The position numbers and the translations under genes were made by a program. Shown piece by piece: positions 8,455-15,452 of a stretch of 15,452 bases of DNA; the first letter of the stretch is position 1; each line of letters begins with the position of its first letter. Below the pieces are notes generated by a model. That model searched no databases, was not told the origin of the DNA, and saw only the letters and a program-made list of their open reading frames with translations. Source of the stretch: Chlamydiae bacterium RIFCSPHIGHO2_12_FULL_49_11 (GTDB taxonomy: Bacteria; Chlamydiota; Chlamydiia; Chlamydiales; 2-12-FULL-49-11). Location: contig MGLW01000033.1 in NCBI GenBank assembly GCA_001794905.1, positions 13,539 to 28,990 on the forward strand, in the 5' to 3' direction.

Positions 8455-10290
8455 ATGCATAGAATATTCGCAGTTTGTGCCTTGACGACACTCTTTTTAC
8501 AGGGGGGAGAAATGGAACCTGAAAAATCAAGATGGGATTTGACACTCCTTTTTAAAAATGAAGAATCCGTAAACAAATCTTTACATGAACTACTAAAAAT
8601 TAAAAATGACATCAGTATATATCGGGGAAAGCTTGCCGGCAAAGAGGCGCTCCTGGACCTCCTGCGGGTATATGAGAGAGAGTCGAGACAATTAGAAAAG
8701 CTCTACTCCTATGCCCATCTCTACTATGATGCTGACCTTGCTAGCAGCAAAGCTTCCGATCTCTTTCAAAGAGCACACAATCTCTTTTTAGACTTTCGGA
8801 CAAAAACGGCGTGGATGCGTCCGGAACTTCTCTCCCTTGACGCATCGTATCTGGTAGAGGTGTCTTCCGATCCCGAGTTTGCTCCTTATAAGTTCATGTT
8901 GGAAAAAATAGTCCGAGAAAAAAAACATACCCTTTCCGAACGTGAAGAGGAGATTTTCTCCGAAATGCAAAGCCCCCTCGAGGTGTCACAGAATGTGTTC
9001 ACCCTCCTCAATAATGTGAATTTTGTGTTTAACGATGCAACGGACAGCGATGGCCAAAAGCACCCCTTGACACATGCAACGCGCATCATGCATCGGAATT
9101 CGGCCGATCCGAAATTGCGACAGACTTCCTATACCAACTATTTGCAGAGATATAGCGATCACGGTCATGCCATGAGCGAGCTTCTTGCCGGCCACGTACG
9201 GGGACAATGGGTACAGGCAAAACTCCGCGGATTTTCAAGCTGCCTTGAGGCTCGTCTCTACAGTGACAAGATTGATTCCGCTATTTATAAGACCTTATTG
9301 GAAGAGGTGCATGTAGGCCTTCCCGTTTTGCACGATTACATTGCGTTGAAAAAGAAAATGCTCGGCAAGGACGAGCTCTATCCGTACGACTTGGCTGCAC
9401 CGCTTGGCGTGGCAAATGAAAAGCGATATAGTTATGATGAAGCGGTCGAAATTGTGCTCGAAGCGCTCTCCCCTATGGATGAAGAATATAGGGCTGTATT
9501 GAAAGACGGGCTGTGCAATAAAAGATGGGTCGACAGGTATGAACGGCCCGGGAAAAAGTCGGGGGCGTATTCGTGGATCGGCTACGATGCGGAACCGTAC
9601 ATTTTGCTCAATTTTGCAGGGGATATCCGCAATGTGCTGACCCTTGCCCACGAAGCAGGGCATAGCATGCACACTTACCTGAGCAAAAAACAGACCTACT
9701 TTGATGCGACCTATCCGATCTTCCTTGGAGAAATCGCATCCACCTTCCATGAAAACATGGTGAACGATTATTTGATCCGTCATGCAGAAAGCCGATCGGA
9801 AAAAATCGCCCTCCTTATTTCGAAGCTCGAGGATATGCGGAACACTTTTTTCCGACAAGCAATGTTTGCCGAATTTGAACTATGGATGCATGAAGAGATA
9901 GAAAAAAGGGAAACCCTCTCGTTTGATACAATGCGGTCTCGCTATCGGGCGCTGAATAAGGCATATTTTGGCCCCGCCCTGACAACGGACGATCTTCTCG
10001 GTGCGGAGTACCTCATCGTGCCCCACTTTTATCGAGACTATTACGTGTATCAATACGCGACCGGAATAGCAGCAAGCACTTGGCTTTACAAGCGGGTTAA
10101 AGAAGACGCCCTCTTTTTGCCCCGATACCGAGCCTTCCTCGAAAGCGGCGGGAAGATGTACCCGACAGACCTTTTGGAGACGCTCGGACTCGATTTGAAA
10201 TCAAAACAGCCGTATCGGGAATTCGTTGCCGAATTTAAAATGTATGTCGATCTGTTAAAAAAAGAACTGGATGAAAAACCTTCAGTTTAG
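8455..10290 (+). CDS. pepF: Oligoendopeptidase F (M3B zinc peptidase)
   Basis: 611 aa with N-terminal WDL, GKKSGAYS, zinc motif AHEAGHSMH, EIASTFHE and HFYRDYYVYQYATG; SD AAGGAG. Confidence 0.96.
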   Translation: MHRIFAVCALTTLFLQGGEMEPEKSRWDLTLLFKNEESVNKSLHELLKIKNDISIYRGKLAGKEALLDLLRVYERESRQLEKLYSYAHLYYDADLASSKASDLFQRAHNLFLDFRTKTAWMRPELLSLDASYLVEVSSDPEFAPYKFMLEKIVREKKHTLSEREEEIFSEMQSPLEVSQNVFTLLNNVNFVFNDATDSDGQKHPLTHATRIMHRNSADPKLRQTSYTNYLQRYSDHGHAMSELLAGHVRGQWVQAKLRGFSSCLEARLYSDKIDSAIYKTLLEEVHVGLPVLHDYIALKKKMLGKDELYPYDLAAPLGVANEKRYSYDEAVEIVLEALSPMDEEYRAVLKDGLCNKRWVDRYERPGKKSGAYSWIGYDAEPYILLNFAGDIRNVLTLAHEAGHSMHTYLSKKQTYFDATYPIFLGEIASTFHENMVNDYLIRHAESRSEKIALLISKLEDMRNTFFRQAMFAEFELWMHEEIEKRETLSFDTMRSRYRALNKAYFGPALTTDDLLGAEYLIVPHFYRDYYVYQYATGIAASTWLYKRVKEDALFLPRYRAFLESGGKMYPTDLLETLGLDLKSKQPYREFVAEFKMYVDLLKKELDEKPSV

Positions 10291-10299
10291 ATAAGATGC

Positions 10300-10602
10300 G
10301 TGACGGGTGATTATCGCATGTTACATGAGAACCGTAAAAAGGGAAGTTTTGTCGTACTCAACGAAAAAGGGCTTCATACAAGGCCGGCAACAGAACTTGT
10401 CAAAGCAATCAGCAAATACAAATCGAATATAACCCTTTCGTATGGGGGACTGTCGGTCAATGCCAAGTCTCTTCTCGGCATCTTGATGCTGGCCGCATGC
10501 CGCGGCGCGCGGGTGAAAGTCGAAGTAACCGGAGACGACGCCGAAGCGTGCTATGATGAAATCCTCAAATTATCCAAAAAGAAATTCATGATGCATTATT
10601 GA
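10300..10602 (+). CDS. ptsH: HPr family phosphocarrier protein
   Basis: GLHTRPA (His15 site) and VNAKSLLGILML (Ser46 site). Start uncertain: GTG 10300 or ATG 10318. Confidence 0.93.
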   Translation: MTGDYRMLHENRKKGSFVVLNEKGLHTRPATELVKAISKYKSNITLSYGGLSVNAKSLLGILMLAACRGARVKVEVTGDDAEACYDEILKLSKKKFMMHY

Positions 10603-10984
10603 TAAAACTTCCGAGCGCAAAGATGGGGATTTGAAAATGGAGCGCCACCATCAGACCGTCGGAAGGACGCACGTCGATTTCAAGGAGTTCCGTAAGCTGT
10701 TTTTCTGCTTTTTCGAGAAGTAGTGTTGAAAAATAAACTCCCTCTTTTTCTCCCGTGAAGGTGAGCCGGCACGGTTTGATATTGAACCCTTTCAGGAGGG
10801 AGGAAACAAATTCGGGTGCTTGAGGTCTGGATTTGTATTCTCCCGTTTTATATTCCCGGATCCATTCGCCGATTTGCGGCTGGGCAAAGATCGAAAAACG
10901 TTTGGAGGCAGAAGAAAAACAAAGCTCGGTATACGCTTCATATTGCTTTACTTCATTGAACTTAACTTCAAAAAGCTCTTTCAT
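10586..10984 (-). CDS. Bifunctional nuclease family protein (DUF151)
   Basis: 132 aa with RP-x-x-x-[ED], EGVYFSTLLL and EIDVRPSDGLMVAL...PIF motifs of DUF151. ATGA overlap with rpiA. Confidence 0.85.
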   Translation of the reverse strand: MKELFEVKFNEVKQYEAYTELCFSSASKRFSIFAQPQIGEWIREYKTGEYKSRPQAPEFVSSLLKGFNIKPCRLTFTGEKEGVYFSTLLLEKAEKQLTELLEIDVRPSDGLMVALHFQIPIFALGSFINNAS

Positions 10985-11643
10985 TTTTTCCGCACCTCTA
11001 CTTTTCCACTCTTCAGTCCCACGATAGCCGTTTTGACAGTGTCGAAGAAGAAACCTGTTTCGAGCACGCCGGCAACACTCTTGATGGCACTATGATGCTC
11101 TTCGGGCCGGTGAATCGGTCCGTCGAATGCAATATCAAAAATCCGGTTTCCGTTATCGGTCACCCCTTCGCGGAGCATTCCACGGTATCCAAGTTTTTGC
11201 AGGCGAGAAATGGTGGAAAACATTCCGAAAGCGGCAATTTCGATGGCGACCGGAAAGCCGGAAAGGGGGTTCGACCACTTCGATTCGTCGACGAGAACAA
11301 CATTTTCTTTCGAGACGAGGGCCACCATTTTTTCACGGAAGAGAGCACCCCCGCCCCCTTTGATAAGGCGGAATTCGTCGTCGATCCGGTCTGCGCCGTC
11401 GAAGGTGATGTCCGGCGGTGTGTCGAGGGTATTGGAGAGAAGGGGAAATGTTCCTTTCAACTCGTTTTCTGAGGCTTTCGAGGTGCACACGACCTGAAGT
11501 GAAAGAGGGGAGAGGCGGTTTTTTTCGAGCAGGGCCTTAATGAAATAATGCACCGTCGAACCGGTTCCTATTCCTATCTTCATGCCGCTATGGACCATGC
11601 TCACGGCAAATGTGCCCACGGCTTTTTTTTGAGTTTCATTCAT
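10981..11643 (-). CDS. rpiA: Ribose-5-phosphate isomerase A
   Basis: GIGTGSTV, DGAD, LIKGGGGALFREK, TDNGN and GVLETG motifs. Confidence 0.97.
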   Translation of the reverse strand: MNETQKKAVGTFAVSMVHSGMKIGIGTGSTVHYFIKALLEKNRLSPLSLQVVCTSKASENELKGTFPLLSNTLDTPPDITFDGADRIDDEFRLIKGGGGALFREKMVALVSKENVVLVDESKWSNPLSGFPVAIEIAAFGMFSTISRLQKLGYRGMLREGVTDNGNRIFDIAFDGPIHRPEEHHSAIKSVAGVLETGFFFDTVKTAIVGLKSGKVEVRKK

Positions 11644-11649
11644 AACTCT

Positions 11650-11678
11650 GTTTTACAAACCGGGAAGATTTAATACAA
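11650..11678 (-). promoter_or_regulatory. Putative rpiA promoter (leaderless geometry)
   Basis: Minus strand TTGTAT (11678-11673), 17 nt, TAAAAC (11655-11650), then 6 nt to ATG 11643. Confidence 0.5.
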
Positions 11679-11742
11679 TGATCTTTACAAAAAAAAAATT
11701 ATATGATGTAATGAGCGTCTAAACAAACTTTGGAGATGAACA

Positions 11743-12054
11743 ATGGGTGCTTTCGGCAGTGGAAGAAAGAAAAAAAACCTCGAAGCGAAAAATTTGGCGG
11801 ATGAGAGTGACAAAACAAAACGGGCGCGCGGCAAGCTGATGAAAAAAAGCGAAGAGATTGAAACGCAGATTACCGAGCAGGCTTTGAAAGCAAAGTCAAA
11901 CCAAATCCAGCATCGGATTTCTTCCAACCAGGATTATCGTGTGCCGGTGAAGAAGAAACAGTTTGGGTTGTTTGATGAAAATCAGCATTCGGCTAAACCG
12001 AGCAAAAAAGTGCTTTCCTTTGCTGCCGCATTGAAAAGCAAATTGACAAAATAG
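11743..12054 (+). CDS. Lys-rich hypothetical protein (103 aa, 20 Lys)
   Basis: Fills the rpiA-tyrS gap; GGAG SD 7 nt before the ATG; no family recognised; begins MGAFGSGRKKK. Confidence 0.75.
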   Translation: MGAFGSGRKKKNLEAKNLADESDKTKRARGKLMKKSEEIETQITEQALKAKSNQIQHRISSNQDYRVPVKKKQFGLFDENQHSAKPSKKVLSFAAALKSKLTK

Positions 12055-12072
12055 CGACGGCGCCTTTACCAT
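12043..12072 (+). promoter_or_regulatory. Putative tyrS promoter
   Basis: TTGACA (12043-12048), 18 nt, TACCAT (12067-12072), then 9 nt to ATG 12082. Confidence 0.6.
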
Positions 12073-12081
12073 TTTGCGGGT

Positions 12082-13338
12082 ATGCACCATGGCAATGTGA
12101 TTGACTTTTTAAAAGAGCGCGGAGTAGTTGATGCCATGACGCATCCGGAGCTTCGCGAGGCTGTAGAAAAGCCGATCACGCTCTATTGCGGTTTTGATCC
12201 CACGGCAGACGCGCTGCACCTCGGCAATTTTGTCGCCCTCATGGGGCTCAAATTTTTTCAACAGTTCGGCCATAAGCCGGTTGTGTTGATTGGCGGTGCT
12301 ACCGGTCTGATTGGTGATCCTTCGGGAAAATCGTCGGAGAGGCCGTTTCTGACACTGGAAACGGTAGAAAAAAATATCTGCGGGATCCGAAAAAGTCTCG
12401 ATGCCATTTTCGGCATAGGGGAGTACGAACTTGTTAATAACGCCGACTGGGTCCGCGGGCTTTCCGTGATCGATTTCTTGCGCGAAGTGGGTAAAGAATT
12501 CCGGCTGGGGGTCATGCTTTCTCGCGAAACGGTCAAAATGAGGATCGAAACGGGAGAGGGGATGAGTTTTACCGAATTTAGCTATCCGCTCTTTCAGGCA
12601 TATGATTTCTATCACCTTTTTTCTGAGAAAGGGGTTGTGCTCCAAACGGGAGGGTCGGACCAGTACGGCAACATTTTGGCCGGCGTCGAATTCATCCGGA
12701 AAAAATCGGGGAAAAGCGCCTTCGGACTTACGCTGCCGCTCCTTGTCCGCAGCGACGGGAAAAAATTCGGAAAAAGCGAGTCGGGGGCGGTTTGGCTCGA
12801 CGCCGATAAAACGAGTCCGTACGAAATGTACCAATACCTCTATAATATTCCCGATGCCGATACGGCTCAAATGATGCGCATGCTGACACTCTTTGACAAT
12901 AAGGAAATAGACCAGTGGGAAAAGAAACTTTCTTCCGGTACGTTTGTTCCCGGCCAGGCGCAGAAGCGTCTTGCAGAGGAGGTAGTGCGCTCCATACACG
13001 GCGCTGCGGGGTTGACGAGTGCGCAAAGCGCTACGAGTACGCTTATGACCGGAAGCCTCAATCCCGATGCGCTCGAAGAACATGCCAAAACACTGCCCTC
13101 AGTGCGGTTTGAACGCAGTGCGGTGGTAGGCGCTTCCTTTATCGAACTTGGCGTTCTTTCCGGTCTTTTTTCTTCCAAAGGGGAAGGACGCAAAATTGTT
13201 CAGGGGGGCGGCGCTTCTCTGAATAACGTTAAAGTCGATGACATTAAAAAAATTATTGATACGGCCGATCTGATCCGCAATCGTTTTGTGATCCTGGGCC
13301 TAGGGAAGAAAAAGAAAATTGTGATTGTCGTTCACTGA
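12082..13338 (+). CDS. tyrS: Tyrosine--tRNA ligase
   Basis: YCGFDPTADALHLGN (HIGH-like), IGDPSGK, QAYDF, GGSDQYGNI, KFGKS (KMSKS-like), C-terminal S4-like domain. Confidence 0.98.
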   Translation: MHHGNVIDFLKERGVVDAMTHPELREAVEKPITLYCGFDPTADALHLGNFVALMGLKFFQQFGHKPVVLIGGATGLIGDPSGKSSERPFLTLETVEKNICGIRKSLDAIFGIGEYELVNNADWVRGLSVIDFLREVGKEFRLGVMLSRETVKMRIETGEGMSFTEFSYPLFQAYDFYHLFSEKGVVLQTGGSDQYGNILAGVEFIRKKSGKSAFGLTLPLLVRSDGKKFGKSESGAVWLDADKTSPYEMYQYLYNIPDADTAQMMRMLTLFDNKEIDQWEKKLSSGTFVPGQAQKRLAEEVVRSIHGAAGLTSAQSATSTLMTGSLNPDALEEHAKTLPSVRFERSAVVGASFIELGVLSGLFSSKGEGRKIVQGGGASLNNVKVDDIKKIIDTADLIRNRFVILGLGKKKKIVIVVH

Positions 13339-13472
13339 CAAATTTTTTTTTAAAAAGAACTTGTCTCAAAATCAAACAGATAGAAGAATGGGGTTAGATG
13401 ATGAATTATTCCCGCCCCCTTGTGGTTCAGGAATCAGAACACTAAAACAAACTTGAAGGAGTGAAAAAAAAT

Positions 13473-13781
13473 ATGGCAACCAAAACAAAAAAAGAATTGA
13501 TCGCAAAAATAGCACACAAAACAAGTCAGCATCCGAATGAAGTACGCAACGTGGTACAGTCTTTTCTCGACGAAATCACAGACTGCCTTTCTAACGGCGA
13601 CCGCCTTGAATTTAGGGATTTCGGTGTTTTTGAGGTCGTCAGACGCAAGCAAAAAATCGGAAGAAACCCCAAAAATGCATCTGTTGCAATTGTGATCCCC
13701 GAGCGTCAAGCAGTCAAATTCACTGCCGGCAAGAAAATGAAATACTTGATTGAAGGGAAACCGTTGAATCAAAATGCATAA
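13473..13781 (+). CDS. ihfA: IHF/HU family DNA-binding protein (chlamydial IhfA-like)
   Basis: TKKELI...GDRLEFRDFGVFEV...GRNPKN...IPERQAVKFTAGK. ATG 13473 follows AAGGAG. Confidence 0.93.
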   Translation: MATKTKKELIAKIAHKTSQHPNEVRNVVQSFLDEITDCLSNGDRLEFRDFGVFEVVRRKQKIGRNPKNASVAIVIPERQAVKFTAGKKMKYLIEGKPLNQNA

Positions 13782-13791
13782 GTGATTTTTT

Positions 13792-13824
13792 GGGACGTCA
13801 AGGAAAAGGTTTATTTGGCGTCCC
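13792..13824. other. Intergenic stem-loop after ihf (possible terminator or stabiliser)
   Basis: GGGACGTCAA (13792-13801) pairs with TTGGCGTCCC (13815-13824), one G-U pair, 13-nt loop; no canonical U-tract. Confidence 0.5.
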
Positions 13825-13831
13825 GATCAAC

Positions 13832-13860
13832 TTGTATTTAATCCTCCTTTTTTGTAAAAT
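13832..13860 (+). promoter_or_regulatory. Promoter of the L,D-transpeptidase-accA unit
   Basis: TTGTAT (13832-13837), 17 nt, TAAAAT (13855-13860); SD AGAGGAG before TTG 13889. Confidence 0.7.
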
Positions 13861-13888
13861 AATCCTCATAACCTTTAGAGGAGCCTAA

Positions 13889-14878
13889 TTGAAACCGTTG
13901 CGGATTTTTATCATATTAGCCGCTCTAGTCTTTGCCGCAATCGGCTTTTTGGGATATCGAAAAAAATTCCCCGAACCTGTCTCAAAACAGGAAGTGATTC
14001 CTGACATAGAGCCCAAGGTCCTTCTTCCCGATCCCCCTGCACCTGTCGCGCTCGGCCACGACCCGCTCGGCCACGACCCGCTCGAAACAATCGATGAGGT
14101 TCGCCGCTTTTTTTCCAAAGGGCACGACAAATTTCCTATCGTAGAAACGATCGCCTATAAAAGCAGAACTCCCTGGATCGAGGGACGCCCCGCCTGGCTT
14201 GCCGACTATGCGGCCCACTTCCAGACGTCGCGCCACTTTATTGCCAGAAGCCTCAACGGCAAGGTCGATTACGAGACGCAAAAAGTCGCTCCCGGCGATA
14301 AATTTAACGTATTCAAGGAAGGGGCCGCAGTCGAATTTTACCTCCTTGTCGATCTAAGCCGGTGCGTCATGGATTTTTATTATCTCGATCTCGACAGGGA
14401 CGAAAGGGTGTTTGTCAAACGGTACAAGGTTGGTGTCGGTCGTAAAGATCCTCGGTCGCCTTCGGGCTCCCTTACCCCTACCGGAAAGTACCGTCTCGGG
14501 GATAAAATTGCGGTGTATAAGCCGGGCATGCAACATTATTACCAAAATCAAAAAGTGGATATGATCCGTGTTTACGGCACGAGGTGGCTTCCTTTTTCTG
14601 AAGAAATCAGCGATTGCACCGACGGTGCTAGAGGTTACGGAATTCACGGCTTGCCTTGGCATCCCATCGACGGCACCGACAATCTGATCGAAACCGGAGA
14701 GCTCGGGACGTATGCCAGTGACGGTTGCATCCGCCTTGTCAAAGAGGATATGGAAGAGCTTTTTGCGATCGTGATTACCAAGCCGACGACGGTGGAGATT
14801 GTGCCGCAGCGGGCAAAAGCTCACCTTCCGATGGGGAAAGAACGGATTTTTGAGGATGACGGCCATGCTGCTCGATGA
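13889..14878 (+). CDS. Membrane-anchored L,D-transpeptidase (YkuD family) with degenerate LysM-like segment
   Basis: N-terminal TM, Pro-rich linker, LysM-like WLADYAAHFQTSRHFIARSLNG...VAPGDKFNV, then LLVDLS, YKVGVG, TPTGKY, YGTRWL and catalytic GIHG...ASDGCIRL. Confidence 0.87.
   Translation: MKPLRIFIILAALVFAAIGFLGYRKKFPEPVSKQEVIPDIEPKVLLPDPPAPVALGHDPLGHDPLETIDEVRRFFSKGHDKFPIVETIAYKSRTPWIEGRPAWLADYAAHFQTSRHFIARSLNGKVDYETQKVAPGDKFNVFKEGAAVEFYLLVDLSRCVMDFYYLDLDRDERVFVKRYKVGVGRKDPRSPSGSLTPTGKYRLGDKIAVYKPGMQHYYQNQKVDMIRVYGTRWLPFSEEISDCTDGARGYGIHGLPWHPIDGTDNLIETGELGTYASDGCIRLVKEDMEELFAIVITKPTTVEIVPQRAKAHLPMGKERIFEDDGHAAR
14049..14084 (+). repeat. Perfect 15-bp tandem repeat, 2.4 copies (CGCTCGGCCACGACC)
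   Basis: Copies at 14049-14063 and 14064-14078 plus CGCTCG at 14079-14084; encodes LGHDP-LGHDP-L. Confidence 0.95.
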
Positions 14879-15452
14879 AGAACAAAAAATCATGGAATAT
14901 GAAGAGGCGCTGCTCAAGCTGACTCGCGCCAATGTGGAAGCCAACGATTCCATCCGTGATGAAATTGCCCGCTTGCAGGAAACTCTCGGACAACTTCGCG
15001 AAGATGCCTACAAGAATATGTCGGCGTGGGAACGGGTTCTGATTTGCCGCCACCAAGACCGGCCCAAAGGGCTCGATTATATCCGGAATTTGTTTACAAC
15101 TTTCGAAGAGCTTCATGGTGACCGGCTGTATCGTGATGATCCTGCCATGGTAACCGGTCTCGGAACAATCGATGATATGCGTTTTGTCGTCATTGCCCAA
15201 GAAAAAGGGTGCGATACCGAGAGCCGTCTACATCGTAATTTTGGAATGCCTCATCCCGAAGGGTACCGTAAGGCAATTCGAATGATGGAGCTGGCTGAAA
15301 AATTTTCCCTTCCGGTGATTTGCTTTATTGATACTCCCGGCGCTTTTCCGGGCCTGTCTGCCGAAGAGAGAGGTCAAGGGCGGGCCATTGCCTACAATTT
15401 GTGGCGGATGGCGTCTCTCCGCGTGCCGCTCATCGGTGTTCTGATCGGTGAA
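14865..15452 (+). CDS. accA: Acetyl-CoA carboxylase carboxyltransferase alpha subunit, partial (runs off window)
   Basis: MLLDEEQKIMEYE...WERVLICRHQDRP...ELHGDR...DDPAMV...RNFGMPHPEGYRKA...IDTPGAFPG..AEERGQ. GAGGA SD 8 nt upstream; in-frame alternative ATG at 14856. Confidence 0.97.
   Translation, partial: MLLDEEQKIMEYEEALLKLTRANVEANDSIRDEIARLQETLGQLREDAYKNMSAWERVLICRHQDRPKGLDYIRNLFTTFEELHGDRLYRDDPAMVTGLGTIDDMRFVVIAQEKGCDTESRLHRNFGMPHPEGYRKAIRMMELAEKFSLPVICFIDTPGAFPGLSAEERGQGRAIAYNLWRMASLRVPLIGVLIGE

Noticed and set aside
12109-13083. 324-aa ORF antisense to tyrS
   Set aside because: It is in codon register with tyrS, so it only reflects absence of TTA/CTA/TCA codons in that stretch; no SD or recognisable motifs.
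13339-13472. Possible ncRNA, structured leader or IHF autoregulatory site between tyrS and ihf
   Set aside because: Only weak short stems; AATCAA is not followed by the NNNNTTR of the IHF consensus; no tRNA or riboswitch pattern recognised.
14354-15200. Minus-strand ORFs of 199 and 141 aa
   Set aside because: Antisense to the well-supported transpeptidase and accA genes.

Overview
Gene-dense bacterial chromosome segment, most likely from an environmental member of Chlamydiota. This is inferred from a chlamydia-like IHF/HU protein, GroEL and AccA, and from the groEL-groES-pepF and ihf-X-accA neighbourhoods recalled from Chlamydia. Left to right: 3' end of rlmN; a minus-strand operon (ABC-2 ATPase, permease, LplT-like MFS, orphan); a MORN-repeat protein; ChaB; an ankyrin-repeat protein; an AsmA-like membrane protein; groEL/groES with a terminator and a CIRCE operator shared with the divergent pepF; HPr; DUF151 nuclease; rpiA; a Lys-rich orphan; tyrS; IHF/HU; a LysM-like/L,D-transpeptidase; 5' part of accA. 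No rRNA, tRNA, CRISPR or mobile element was seen. The most notable signals are two proteins with eukaryote-type lipidation motifs: the MORN protein ends in CCTLL (CaaX) and has an N-terminal ETTPLV dileucine-like motif, and the Lys-rich orphan starts MGAFGSGRKKK (myristoylation-like plus polybasic). Both are candidate host-lipidated effectors. Also notable are a CIRCE palindrome with an extended -10 in each arm and several apparently leaderless genes. All family calls come from motif recognition by eye; no searches were run.
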